Of a stretch of 64,000 nt of DNA, positions 28,445 through 38,580 are shown piece by piece. A model generated the notes under the pieces. That model saw only the letters and a list, made by a program, of their open reading frames with translations. It was not told where the DNA came from and did not search any database. Source of the DNA: Fibrobacterales bacterium. Its GTDB lineage: Bacteria > Fibrobacterota > Fibrobacteria > Fibrobacterales > JAOPTW01. Position 1 is the stretch's first letter. Every line of letters begins with the position of its first letter. Location of the stretch: NCBI GenBank assembly GCA_051532055.1, contig JAOPTX010000016.1, positions 1 to 64,000 of the forward strand. Direction: 5' to 3'. The translations under genes were made by a program, and so were the position numbers.

Positions 28445-30217
28445 TTATAACTCCGAAAGTGCATCGAGAACAATAGCAGTTGTGATGAGTTCAGGCAGCA
28501 CAATAGGGTTTTTAGGTTTTTTCGGAGAATAGAAAACATAGAGGGGTACGCCCGCACGACCAAAGGATTTAAGCTTTTGAGTAATTTTTTCATCACCATT
28601 TGTCCAATCAGCAACCATATAGGTGACCCCCTTCAGGGCAAATTCCTTTTGAATTCTCTCTGTTTTTAACACCAATTTCTTGTTTGACTTACAGGTAATA
28701 CACCAGGATGCAGTAAAATCCAGGAAGACCGGCTTCCCCGACTCAAGTACTTGTGCTAAATTTTGTTCAGAGTAGGCAATTTCATCCTCTCCAATGAGCT
28801 GTTCCTGTGTGCCAGGCTCATCAATTGTTGGCTGAACAAGTAGCATGTATGCACCGCATGAAGTTGCCAGTATCACTAGCCAGACAAAAACTTTTCGCTT
28901 TTTGGAAAGTCCAAACCCTCCATTAGGGAGTGCATGGCTATAGAGCCAAGCATTGATTGCGAGCACTAAGAGAAAGACCGATGTCCAGGTCGCTAAATCA
29001 CTTCCATATGCCTCTGTAAGTACTGTAAGTAACCAAAGAACGGTAGCAATAAGGAGGAATCCCATAAACTCTTTGAGCCGCAGCATCCAATTTCCGGGCT
29101 TAGGAACCCATTTCAGTGCACCTGGGAAAAGCGTTAAAACCATATAGGGCAAAGCCAATCCAAAGGCAACTGCAGTAAACATGACAAAAAGAATAATGGT
29201 TGGCTGACTAAAAGCAAAACCCATTGCTGAACCTAAAAATGGCGCACTACAAGGAGTTGAGAGCAAGGTCATCAATACCCCGTTAAAAAACGCCCCAATA
29301 TAGCCACTCTTACCCGACATGAGACTCAGCTTACTATTGGCAGATGTGGGAAGAAAAATCTCGAACACTCCAAATAAGTTCAGTGCAAAGATGAGCATTA
29401 TCGCAGCCATGATAATTATAAAGAGCGGATTTTGAAATTGAAACCCCCATCCTACCAGAGAGCCGGCAGAGCGTAATACAATCACAGACCCAGCAAGAGC
29501 CCAAAATGATACCGCAATACCCATTGAAAATGCACCACCAAGTTTTAATAACTTTATTCGAGACTCACCTGCTTGCTTAACCAAACTGAATACTTTGAGC
29601 GAAAGTACGGGAAGTACACACGGCATAAGATTAAGAATTAGCCCCCCAATTATTGCAAAAAGAATCATCATTCCAAAAGAGGTCTCTTCGGCACTTTTTT
29701 CAAAGGACCCATCATCAATTGCCTCGACAACGGCTTCAGTCTCTACTGGGCGATGGGCTTCCCCACCTACTACAATAGAAGTTGTTACCGGAGGAAGACA
29801 CATCTTATCATCACACGGCTGATAGGTAAAATCAATGACCGTACTCAGTGAATCTTTTTTTGAAAATTCCGCACCTAACTTAGCAACGGGCACCATCACT
29901 ACAAAATCGCCCGAAAACTGTGTTGTCGTCATATCGAGCACTTTAACATAAAGTACTTCGGGCTCGGGGAATTTAGGGGCACCAAAAGTTATCTTTTGTG
30001 CAGACACTTCAATTTGAGCCGGTATTAAATACTCATCTTCGGGACTATCTGAAGTGATATGCCAGCCATCATCAATGATAATATCGATAACGAGTTGTGA
30101 TGCTTCAGAAACGGCACCTTTTGAGTAACGTGCTGTAACTATCGCGTGTTCTTCACCCTGGAGCGCCCAGCTACTGGTAATAGCTAAAAATAGTATTCCA
30201 CATATAATGTTAATCAT
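28445..30217 (-). CDS. dsbD: Protein-disulfide reductase, DsbD/ScsB family
   Basis: Alpha domain QPCDDKMCLPP, beta domain LNLMPCVLP and TPCSAPFLG, gamma thioredoxin domain DFTASWCITC and GVP. Confidence 0.92.
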   Translation of the reverse strand: MINIICGILFLAITSSWALQGEEHAIVTARYSKGAVSEASQLVIDIIIDDGWHITSDSPEDEYLIPAQIEVSAQKITFGAPKFPEPEVLYVKVLDMTTTQFSGDFVVMVPVAKLGAEFSKKDSLSTVIDFTYQPCDDKMCLPPVTTSIVVGGEAHRPVETEAVVEAIDDGSFEKSAEETSFGMMILFAIIGGLILNLMPCVLPVLSLKVFSLVKQAGESRIKLLKLGGAFSMGIAVSFWALAGSVIVLRSAGSLVGWGFQFQNPLFIIIMAAIMLIFALNLFGVFEIFLPTSANSKLSLMSGKSGYIGAFFNGVLMTLLSTPCSAPFLGSAMGFAFSQPTIILFVMFTAVAFGLALPYMVLTLFPGALKWVPKPGNWMLRLKEFMGFLLIATVLWLLTVLTEAYGSDLATWTSVFLLVLAINAWLYSHALPNGGFGLSKKRKVFVWLVILATSCGAYMLLVQPTIDEPGTQEQLIGEDEIAYSEQNLAQVLESGKPVFLDFTASWCITCKSNKKLVLKTERIQKEFALKGVTYMVADWTNGDEKITQKLKSFGRAGVPLYVFYSPKKPKNPIVLPELITTAIVLDALSEL

Positions 30218-32405
30218 TTGATACCTCTATTAATGTTTCAACTGCGGATTCAATTTCATCCACCGTAAAAGGTTTGTCAATTACCATGCAACTTCCCATT
30301 GCTAATAACTCATCCATATTATACTGTTTTGATCGTCCTGTACAGAAGAGTACCTTTTGATGAGGATGATCTTGCCTGAACATCTTAAACACTTCAATAC
30401 CATTCATTCCTGGCATATCTATATCGAGCACAAGCAGCTCAAAGGGGTTTTCTTCACTTAATACGCGCACCGCATCAAGGCCATTTATTGCCGATTTAAC
30501 CTCGTACCCAAATGATTCCATAATACGAACTAACAATTTCCGAATCACATCATCATCATCAACGATCAATACTTTTTTACTGACAACTTCCTCTGATTCA
30601 ATACTGTCTTCTTCGTGTACTTCACTATTTTCAGAGTCTAACATACTCGCAACAGGAAGATAGACAAAAAATGTTGTTCCCTCACCAGGCTTACTGATAA
30701 CATCAATATACCCTTGGTGATCTTGAATAATTTTATCAAAGATTGCAAGTCCAAGGCCCGTCCCTTCATCTGCAGATTTAGTTGTATAAAAAGCCTGAAA
30801 CATCCGTTGTATCGTCTCACTATCCATACCTTGACCACTATCAGTTACCGTAATGCAATAAAATTCCTCTTCATCATAACAGTCGTGCTTTTCACGGAAT
30901 TCAGCATTTGCGATAAACTCTTTTAAGCCAATTTTTAGTTCACCACCCTCTTTCATTGCATCACGGGCATTCACGCATAGGTTGAGTATTCCATTCTCCA
31001 CTTGACTTTTCTCCCCCAAAACCCAAGCTTTATCTAAGTCAGCATCATAGCTGATATGAATGGATGAATCAAATGACCCACGAATAATTTTTATCACATT
31101 ACCGAGGGAATTAATAAGGTCCATCTTTTTCATCTGTTGGTCACTTTTTCGTGATAAGTCTAGTAATCGACTCACCAAATCAGAGGCACGTTTCGTACAG
31201 TGGTCTATGGTTTCAACATCTTCCACATCAAGAGAATCTGAAGGTGGCTCTTTTACCCACCTTTTTTTCATAAGAGAAACGGTCCCTACAATACCACCGA
31301 GAATATTATTAAAATCATGAGCCAGGCCTCCCGCCAAGGTCCCTACAGTTTCCATTTTTTGCGCATGGAGTAGTTGGTGCTGTAAGTTAATTTGCTGAGT
31401 GATATCATCAATTCTGAGAGCGAGTTCACCGCGATTAGAATTAAGCATATTATAGAGATGAGGCTGTAGGTATCGCTGTTTCCCATTAGGATTAGTGTGT
31501 ACCACATAATCAAAAACAATCTCTTCTTCTTCTGAGCTGACAGTTTCCATCAGTGAGTCGGCGATAAATGAGAAGTCAGGCATCAATTTGCCAAATGGCT
31601 GCCCAATAGCAGCCTCTTCGGGAATGCCAAAATACGCTTCCGCTTTACCATTCCAAATGGTTACATTACCTAAAAAATCAAGACCAATTATTGCCGAAGG
31701 CATGGATTCGATAATGGATTCCTGCTGTTCCTTAAGCTCACGCACATTTGAGAGTAGCAGTGATTGTTCCATTACCACTGTTGCATACCGCACCATATTT
31801 TCAAAAAAGCCAATCACCTCTTGATGAATAGGGTCAGCCTTAAACCATTGGATACAGATAACCCACGTCCCTGCATCATCAATAGTAATAGCTTTAGCAC
31901 ACGACTCCTCGATAACAATTTTTGGAGCTATTTCTAACAGAGGTTTCCAGGTTTTTTGTGTCACCTTCCCACTATCTATCGTTTCATTTAAAAAGTCTTT
32001 ATAGGGGTCTTCTTCATCTAATGAGACAAAATAAGGTATGGGCACCTCGGGGACATCATCATCTGAAGCGATATGAGTAACCACGAGACTTCGTTGCACA
32101 CTTCCTCCTTGCACAATAATAGAGACGCGGTCTGCCTTTGTATTATGTAATATCTCATCAGCAAGTACCTGATAGAGGTCTTCATCATTTATGTAGGATG
32201 ATATTGTTTTAATAAACTCATTAAAACTCTCTTGAAATTTAAAAAGGCCTTGCGTCTCTTCACTTCCCCGTTCAGCATGAGCCGTCTGCATCAACTTCAA
32301 AATTTGCATCAACAGTTTTTCATTTTGGGTACGGAGATCCTCAATGACTCCTTGCTGCTCATCAATCTTTCTGCGCTGGTCTTGTGGCATAGATTCTCTA
32401 TCCAA
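30210..32405 (-). CDS. Cytoplasmic hybrid sensor histidine kinase (GAF-like, PAS, HisKA, HATPase, REC)
   Basis: PAS WNGKAEAYFG; QKMETVGTLAGGLAHDFNN; NLCVNARDAM; DSGQGM; GTGLGL; REC motifs VLIVDDD and LDIDMP. Confidence 0.93.
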   Translation of the reverse strand: MDRESMPQDQRRKIDEQQGVIEDLRTQNEKLLMQILKLMQTAHAERGSEETQGLFKFQESFNEFIKTISSYINDEDLYQVLADEILHNTKADRVSIIVQGGSVQRSLVVTHIASDDDVPEVPIPYFVSLDEEDPYKDFLNETIDSGKVTQKTWKPLLEIAPKIVIEESCAKAITIDDAGTWVICIQWFKADPIHQEVIGFFENMVRYATVVMEQSLLLSNVRELKEQQESIIESMPSAIIGLDFLGNVTIWNGKAEAYFGIPEEAAIGQPFGKLMPDFSFIADSLMETVSSEEEEIVFDYVVHTNPNGKQRYLQPHLYNMLNSNRGELALRIDDITQQINLQHQLLHAQKMETVGTLAGGLAHDFNNILGGIVGTVSLMKKRWVKEPPSDSLDVEDVETIDHCTKRASDLVSRLLDLSRKSDQQMKKMDLINSLGNVIKIIRGSFDSSIHISYDADLDKAWVLGEKSQVENGILNLCVNARDAMKEGGELKIGLKEFIANAEFREKHDCYDEEEFYCITVTDSGQGMDSETIQRMFQAFYTTKSADEGTGLGLAIFDKIIQDHQGYIDVISKPGEGTTFFVYLPVASMLDSENSEVHEEDSIESEEVVSKKVLIVDDDDVIRKLLVRIMESFGYEVKSAINGLDAVRVLSEENPFELLVLDIDMPGMNGIEVFKMFRQDHPHQKVLFCTGRSKQYNMDELLAMGSCMVIDKPFTVDEIESAVETLIEVSND

Positions 32406-32649
32406 TTCTCTATGGGTTTTTAGTCTCGTTCAATCCTTTAAAATTGCAAAATTTTACCAGATTTCACCATTATTCAGTTAAAAAGGCACTTATAAACATT
32501 AAGTTTTTGCTTATAAGATATATGGTAAACGAATAAGATCGCACTCCGATTTCATGAAGAACAACATTTTGCCAGTTTGTAATTCCGATTTACTTACATT
32601 TATTCTGGAATATGGCAAAATAGCTCTGTAGAGCCCAAATAAGAGACTT

Positions 32650-33870
32650 ATGAAAATAGCAGTATATACAAACGAATTTCCACCAAATATTTATGGTGGC
32701 GCTGGAATTCACGTTGACTTTTTGACACGAGAGCTTAAGAAAAAAGCTGAAATTGATGTTAAATGCTTTGGTGACCAAGATATCACTGATGGCTCACTCA
32801 CCGCAAAAGGTGTCAGTCCTAAAATGCCCATTGCGAGTTCTGAAAAACTCCAAAAGGTATTTTCTACCCTTGATAACGACCTTCAAATGTCAATCATGAC
32901 AGAGTCAGCTGATGTAGTACATTGCCACACATGGTATGCACATATGGCTGGAATATGGTCAAAGATCATCTTAGATATCCCACTCTTTTTGACTACGCAC
33001 TCACTAGAGGCTCATCGACCATGGAAAGAGGAGCAGCTCGGTATGGGCTACCACCTTTCGAGCTGGATTGAGAAGACAGCATACAACGAAGCAGATGGTA
33101 TTATTGCCGTCTCAAAAGAGATGAAAAAAGATGTTATTGATGCATATGGTGTTGACCCGAGTAAAGTTGAAGTAATATACAATGGTATTGACCTCGACTA
33201 CTATCAACCCGACCGAGATGAAGCAACACTTGAAAAGTATGGCATTGATCCCAAAAAACCCATGATACTTTTTGTAGGCCGAATCACTCGCCAAAAAGGG
33301 ATTTCACACCTTGTTGACTCAATCGAGCTACTCAACCCTGACACTCAAGTGGTACTCTGTGCCGGCTCCCCTGACACCCCGGAGATTGAGCAAGAAGTTC
33401 GGGAAAAAATTGAAGCAGTACAGAAAAAACGCGATGGCATCATTTGGATTAGTGAAATGGTGGACCATAAAGACCTGCGTCGTTTTTATACCCATGCGGA
33501 TGTATTCGTGTGCCCATCACTGTATGAACCATTTGGCATTATAAATCTTGAAGCAATGGCCTGTGAAACACCTGTAGTCGGAAGTGCCGTTGGTGGCATA
33601 CCAGAAATTATTGTTGATGGTGAAACAGGGTTACTGGTTCCCCTTGAATCTGAATCAAAAATTAACTTTGAGCCCAAACACCCAAGGGGCTTTCACAACT
33701 CCCTCGCCTTTAAAATTAATCAATTATTGGACAACCCATCTCTTAGAGAGTCTATGGGAAAGGCAGCACGAAAACGAGTTGAAGACATTTTTTCGTGGGA
33801 ACGCATTGCAGAGCAGACACTAGCATTTTATCAGAGAGTTATACATGACCGGAACAACAAAAAGCAGTAA
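32650..33870 (+). CDS. glgA: GT4 glycosyltransferase, GlgM / 'Corynebacterium-family GlgA' type (probable maltose-1-phosphate synthase)
   Basis: TNEFPPNIYGGAGIHV, VHCHTWY, HSLEAHRPWKEEQLG, FVGRITRQKG, CPSLYEPFGIINLEAMAC. Adjacent to glgE. Confidence 0.9.
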   Translation: MKIAVYTNEFPPNIYGGAGIHVDFLTRELKKKAEIDVKCFGDQDITDGSLTAKGVSPKMPIASSEKLQKVFSTLDNDLQMSIMTESADVVHCHTWYAHMAGIWSKIILDIPLFLTTHSLEAHRPWKEEQLGMGYHLSSWIEKTAYNEADGIIAVSKEMKKDVIDAYGVDPSKVEVIYNGIDLDYYQPDRDEATLEKYGIDPKKPMILFVGRITRQKGISHLVDSIELLNPDTQVVLCAGSPDTPEIEQEVREKIEAVQKKRDGIIWISEMVDHKDLRRFYTHADVFVCPSLYEPFGIINLEAMACETPVVGSAVGGIPEIIVDGETGLLVPLESESKINFEPKHPRGFHNSLAFKINQLLDNPSLRESMGKAARKRVEDIFSWERIAEQTLAFYQRVIHDRNNKKQ

Positions 33871-35674
33871 AAAGAGCGCCGCTCCAAAAACCAAAGACGT
33901 TAAAAAAGTGGCAAAGAAAGCTCAAACAAAAACAGCACGTAAGGTGAAGAGTCAATTCCCCCCACTGTACACCATCACCATTGAAAATGTTAAACCCATA
34001 GTAAATGGCGGTGACTTCCCTATCAAACGTGAACCCATGGACTGGGTAAATGTTACGGCCGACCTTTTCCGCTGTGGACATGAAAGGTTTGAAATCAATC
34101 TCCTTTACCGAAAAAAAGGTGACTCGAATTGGTTAACTTCACCTATGAAACTTGTTGATAACGATGAGTGGGCTGGATCATTTCAAGTAACAGAGCTTGG
34201 CCTCTATGAATATACCATTGAAGGCATCACTACAGAAATTGAAGACCCTTACCCCAGTAAACTCGAAAAAATTTATGAAGTCCGGGTAGACCCACACTAT
34301 GCACGTAATAGTTCGTGGTACGAAATCTTCCCTCGATCACAAGGTAAGGTACCAGGAAAAAGTGGCACCTGGAATGATGTGGTTGACCGAATCGAAGACA
34401 TCAAATATATGGGCTTCGATACACTCTATGTCACCCCAATTCATCCCATTGGCTTTACCAAACGAAAAGGCCCCAACAACGCACTTGTGGCACGCACTGA
34501 AGACCCAGGTTGTCCATACGCCATTGGAAACCTCGAAGAAGGTGGACATTACAGCCTGGAGCCGCAACTCGGAACTGAAGCAGAATTTGACCGTTTTGTA
34601 AAGGTATACAAAGAGAATGGATTTAATCTCGCTCTTGATGTTGCCCTTAACTGCTCTCCTGACCATCCCCATGTACATGACCACCCAGAATGGTTTTATC
34701 ACGAAGCAGATGGCTCTATACAATGCGCTATCAATCCTCCAAAGCGTTATGAAGACGTATACCCTTATAACTACGTTAATGAAAACTATGAAGAGCTTTG
34801 GGAAGATGTTCGGGACATGCTTATTCACTGGACTGAAAAAGGATTTGATATATTCAGAATTGACAATCCTCACACCAAGCCGTTTGCTTTCTGGGAATGG
34901 ATCATTAAAGAGGTCAAGGCAAAGCATCCTCATGTCGTATTTTTGGCTGAAGCTTTTACCCGTCCAAAATTAATGCACCGTCTTGCTAAAATTGGTTTTG
35001 ACCAATCCTACAGTTATTTTACTTGGCGTGAAGAAAAGCGGGAATTTGAAGAGTACCTCAAAGAGTTGACTCAATCCGATGCGAAAGAGTATATGCGTGT
35101 CATCTTTTTTCCAACCACACCGGATATCTTACCCAAGCATTTACAAAATGCTCCCCGTGAAGCCTTTGAGCTCCGCGCCTTTTTAGCCATGACATTATCG
35201 AGTCTATCGGGAATATATAGTGGCTATGAACTCTGCGAAAATGTACCGAGCCCTGTGAAAGATGAGCTTCTTGACTCTGAAAAATATGAGTTTAGTGTTC
35301 GTAATTGGTGGGCTCCAGGAAACATTAAAGAGTTTATCAGTAAAGTGAATTGGGCAAAAAAAGTAAATAGTGCGCTATGGGAATATGATAACCTCGTCTT
35401 TCATAGTGCGGGTAATGATCAAATCATGGCCTACTCAAAAAGAGATGAGACCAATGGCAATACGATACTTTGCATTGCCAATCTGGACTCGTATAATGTT
35501 CAAGAATCAATGGTGCATCTAGACATGCAAGCACTGGGTCTTGAAAATGGTGCAAGTTTTGAGTGTCTCGACATACTGAATAACGAACAATATATCTGGC
35601 ATGGCAATGATAACTATGTCAAGCTCGACCCAAAACAACAACCGGCCCACTTTCTTCAAGTGCGCCCCTTATAG
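33845..35674 (+). CDS. glgE: Alpha-1,4-glucan:maltose-1-phosphate maltosyltransferase (GH13_3)
   Basis: WYEIFPRS, PIHPIG, RKGPNN, CSPDHP, NPPKRYEDVYP, catalytic RIDNPHTKP, FLAEAFTRP, TPDIL, SEKYE. Confidence 0.95.
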   Translation: MTGTTKSSKKSAAPKTKDVKKVAKKAQTKTARKVKSQFPPLYTITIENVKPIVNGGDFPIKREPMDWVNVTADLFRCGHERFEINLLYRKKGDSNWLTSPMKLVDNDEWAGSFQVTELGLYEYTIEGITTEIEDPYPSKLEKIYEVRVDPHYARNSSWYEIFPRSQGKVPGKSGTWNDVVDRIEDIKYMGFDTLYVTPIHPIGFTKRKGPNNALVARTEDPGCPYAIGNLEEGGHYSLEPQLGTEAEFDRFVKVYKENGFNLALDVALNCSPDHPHVHDHPEWFYHEADGSIQCAINPPKRYEDVYPYNYVNENYEELWEDVRDMLIHWTEKGFDIFRIDNPHTKPFAFWEWIIKEVKAKHPHVVFLAEAFTRPKLMHRLAKIGFDQSYSYFTWREEKREFEEYLKELTQSDAKEYMRVIFFPTTPDILPKHLQNAPREAFELRAFLAMTLSSLSGIYSGYELCENVPSPVKDELLDSEKYEFSVRNWWAPGNIKEFISKVNWAKKVNSALWEYDNLVFHSAGNDQIMAYSKRDETNGNTILCIANLDSYNVQESMVHLDMQALGLENGASFECLDILNNEQYIWHGNDNYVKLDPKQQPAHFLQVRPL

Positions 35675-35695
35675 CAGAATTTGGAGAGATACTTT

Positions 35696-35980
35696 ATGAG
35701 AAAAAAAGTTAAAGTTGAATGTCCCTGTTGTAATTCAGTGATGGAGGTCGACACCGCAACTGGTGTTGTCCTTTCTCACTCTTCACAAAAAAAAGAGACA
35801 CAATCTCTTGAAGAGTTTATGGAAACTGAAAAGAACAAAGTCTCTATCCTCGATAAAAAATTCAAAGAGGGCAAAGAGAAAGAGAAATCAAAATTCAAAG
35901 CCCTTGAAGCAAAATTTAAACATGCCCAAGATAACGAAGATACACTCGATGACCCGCCACCCAGTGTATTTTGGGATTAA
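35696..35980 (+). CDS. Small hypothetical protein (CPCC motif plus charged coiled coil)
   Basis: ATG at 35696 preceded by GGAGAG. Fills the gap between glgE and the YrdC-family gene. Confidence 0.7.
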   Translation: MRKKVKVECPCCNSVMEVDTATGVVLSHSSQKKETQSLEEFMETEKNKVSILDKKFKEGKEKEKSKFKALEAKFKHAQDNEDTLDDPPPSVFWD

Positions 35981-35998
35981 TAGAAGGCTAACACTACT

Positions 35999-36589
35999 AT
36001 GGAAATTTTCGACGTACACCCAGACAACCCACAAAAACGCCTCGTACAACGGGTCGTTGATATATACAACAAAGGGGGGCTCATTGTCTATCCTACTGAT
36101 GCAGGCTATAGTGTTGGGTGTAATGCAGAAGACAAAAAGGCAATAAACCGCCTCTACAAATTAAAAAAGCCTATCAAAAAATACGTAATGGCTTTGATGC
36201 TTAATGATTTCTCTCGTATAACTGAATATGCCAAAATGGATAACTTTGCGTTTAAATATATCAAACAAAGAGAGTCTGGCCGCTACACGTTTATCCTACC
36301 TGCACAGATTCACATTTTACGCAAATTGGATGTTAAAAGAAAAGAAGTGGGTATCCGTATGCCCAAACATCCTTTTCTTCAGGCATTTTTTGAGCTGACC
36401 AATGATCCCATTTTAAATACTGCCGCCCACATATCAGAAGATGAATTTTACACTAGTCCTGATGATCTTATTAAAGCATATAATGGCAAGGTTGATGCTA
36501 TCGTCACCTGTGGTGAAGTCCTCCTTGACCCTACAAATATTATCAGTCTAGTGGAAGGGTACCCTGAGGTTCTCAGAGGCGAAGAATAA
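35999..36589 (+). CDS. Sua5/YciO/YrdC family protein (YciO-like)
   Basis: VHPDNPQKR, IVYPTDAGY, YTFIL, VGIRMP. Confidence 0.88.
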   Translation: MEIFDVHPDNPQKRLVQRVVDIYNKGGLIVYPTDAGYSVGCNAEDKKAINRLYKLKKPIKKYVMALMLNDFSRITEYAKMDNFAFKYIKQRESGRYTFILPAQIHILRKLDVKRKEVGIRMPKHPFLQAFFELTNDPILNTAAHISEDEFYTSPDDLIKAYNGKVDAIVTCGEVLLDPTNIISLVEGYPEVLRGEE

Positions 36590-36590
36590 C

Positions 36591-37364
36591 ATGAGTATTG
36601 CAATTATCACCGGTGCATCATCAGGTATTGGCGCATCATTTGCAAAGAAACTCGATTCCGTAGGACTCAGTGAAATTTGGATTACTGCTCGCCGTATTGA
36701 CCGTCTAGAAGCTCTTGCTGAAGAACTCTCTACACCTGTTCGAGTTATTGGAGCAGATTTAACGATCTCGAAAGGGCTCGGTACTCTTACCGGAATCATT
36801 ACCGAAGAAAAGCCCGACATCTCCTATCTTATAAACAATGCAGGTTTTGGTAAAGTAGGTTCTTTTACAGAAATCTCTCTTGAAGACACCCTTGGCATGA
36901 TAACCCTTCAAGTTTCCGCACTCACCGAAATCACTCATACAGCCCTCCCTTACATGAAGAAAGGAAGTACGATTCTTCTTGTTTCATCCCTTGCATCTTT
37001 TGTATCTATGCCAGGTTTTGCAACGTACTCTGCAGTAAAGGCTTATATAACCAATCTTGGTTATTCACTGTATCGAGAATTAAAGCCCAGAGGGATTCAT
37101 GTAACAACAATCTGTCCAGGACCCGTCAAAACAGAGTTTGGTGCGCGTGCTCAATTTACAGTAGTATCAAAAGGAACTGATGTTGTTGCAGAAGATATCA
37201 CCTCTCTCGCTCTTGCAGATGCACAGAGAAAACTCCCCTTCTCAATGTTTGGAGCCACACCCAAATTGACCAAGTGGGCCATCCGGATTCTTGGAAATCG
37301 CATTTCGAGCTTTATAATCTGGCACTATATGCAACGCGAAATGAGCAAACAAAATTTACGGTAA
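36591..37364 (+). CDS. Short-chain dehydrogenase/reductase
   Basis: ITGASSGIG, LINNAGFG, YSAVK, CPGPVKTEF. Confidence 0.93.
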   Translation: MSIAIITGASSGIGASFAKKLDSVGLSEIWITARRIDRLEALAEELSTPVRVIGADLTISKGLGTLTGIITEEKPDISYLINNAGFGKVGSFTEISLEDTLGMITLQVSALTEITHTALPYMKKGSTILLVSSLASFVSMPGFATYSAVKAYITNLGYSLYRELKPRGIHVTTICPGPVKTEFGARAQFTVVSKGTDVVAEDITSLALADAQRKLPFSMFGATPKLTKWAIRILGNRISSFIIWHYMQREMSKQNLR

Positions 37365-38354
37365 GAGAGATTCAACCCGCTCTTTAAGACTATTGGGCTC
37401 AACTATTTCACAGGCACCTGTGGCAACACGCCCCACCAGCCACCGTTCAAAATCGACAGTGATATACAGCTTCAATGCAATAGTTTTTTTGGATCCATCA
37501 CAGTCCGCAGCGGGGTCAAAATGAGCATCTTTCATATGACGATAAAACCACGACTCTTTACTTTTTAAAACAACGCGCTCCACGCTCTCTTCACTGTTTT
37601 CGTTACTCCACTGAGCAAACTTATACTTATAAAACTCTTGTATCTCTTTTTGATGTGTACTATCAAAATAGTGATCCGGTATTTTTCCGGATAACACTTG
37701 GATTATTCCTTTCATGCGATCAAGGCGAAGGGTGCGGAGAAGTGACTCATTCTTTTTACCATAACCCATCACATAGAGCTGTCCAATACGGAGTACAAGT
37801 TTTACGGGATAGAATTCAATCATACTCTCTTCATCGCGACTCGATGTGTATTTACCAATGCGAATAGCCTGCTGGTTATCAATAGCCTGCAAAATCTTAT
37901 CCATAGCAGGATTCATTTTAATGGAATCAGGGTTTACCGCAAAAGGACCATGACTAATGATCCAATGAGTATCTGACTGCTGTAGTTTTTGAGGTGAAGA
38001 ACGATTCTCTAAAAATGACCCAACATGATTGAGAAGATCTTGATACTGCGCCATTCCCGAGCTCGAGAGATCTTGAGTCATTTTTTTAAAAGCAATAATA
38101 GAATCATCATCAATCCAACTTTCGCGCGATTGAATATGAAAGGTGGATTCTCTTCCTATTTGATTGTCTTTTCGTACAAAATCTTGATTGTTGAGAGCTA
38201 TCTCTTTTAAATATCGCGCAAGAGTGCGATCATCGATGGGATCACCATACTCTGATTCAATCTGATGAAGTAACCTCGTTTTTGTCCATTCACGCTCTTT
38301 AAGGAGGGACTCAATAAGAGAAATGCGTTGATATTTTGAACTCTCTTTTTTCAT
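37356..38354 (-). CDS. HTH-WYL-WCX transcriptional regulator (PafC/YafY/DriD-like)
   Basis: N-terminal winged HTH (IDDRTLARYLKEI); WYL core FYPVKLVLRIGQLYVMGY...LRTLRLDRM; WCX tail FERWL...EIVEPNSLKERV. Confidence 0.88.
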   Translation of the reverse strand: MKKESSKYQRISLIESLLKEREWTKTRLLHQIESEYGDPIDDRTLARYLKEIALNNQDFVRKDNQIGRESTFHIQSRESWIDDDSIIAFKKMTQDLSSSGMAQYQDLLNHVGSFLENRSSPQKLQQSDTHWIISHGPFAVNPDSIKMNPAMDKILQAIDNQQAIRIGKYTSSRDEESMIEFYPVKLVLRIGQLYVMGYGKKNESLLRTLRLDRMKGIIQVLSGKIPDHYFDSTHQKEIQEFYKYKFAQWSNENSEESVERVVLKSKESWFYRHMKDAHFDPAADCDGSKKTIALKLYITVDFERWLVGRVATGACEIVEPNSLKERVESLLP

Positions 38355-38403
38355 GGGTTAGCCTTACTCAATAAACTGAAGTATAAAGTAAAGAGAAGTA
38401 ATA

Positions 38404-38418
38404 TGACAAAATTTGTCA
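38404..38418. promoter_or_regulatory. Palindromic TGACA-N5-TGTCA box 1 (candidate WYL operator)
   Basis: TGACAAAATTTGTCA, a 7-bp inverted repeat, 50 nt upstream of the WYL gene. It overlaps TTGTCA-N18-TATACT on the minus strand. Confidence 0.7.
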
Positions 38419-38580
38419 AACCTATCAATGTCCATACTCTACTATCGCCCTTTATGGACAATTTTAACCCTTTCCCATAGTAACACCCACCCAAGTAACA
38501 CTCTTTTATTCTGTATTTTTAGATATGCCGAAACGACAATTCCCTCGACCTCACTCGTAAATTAAGATATAATACTATAT

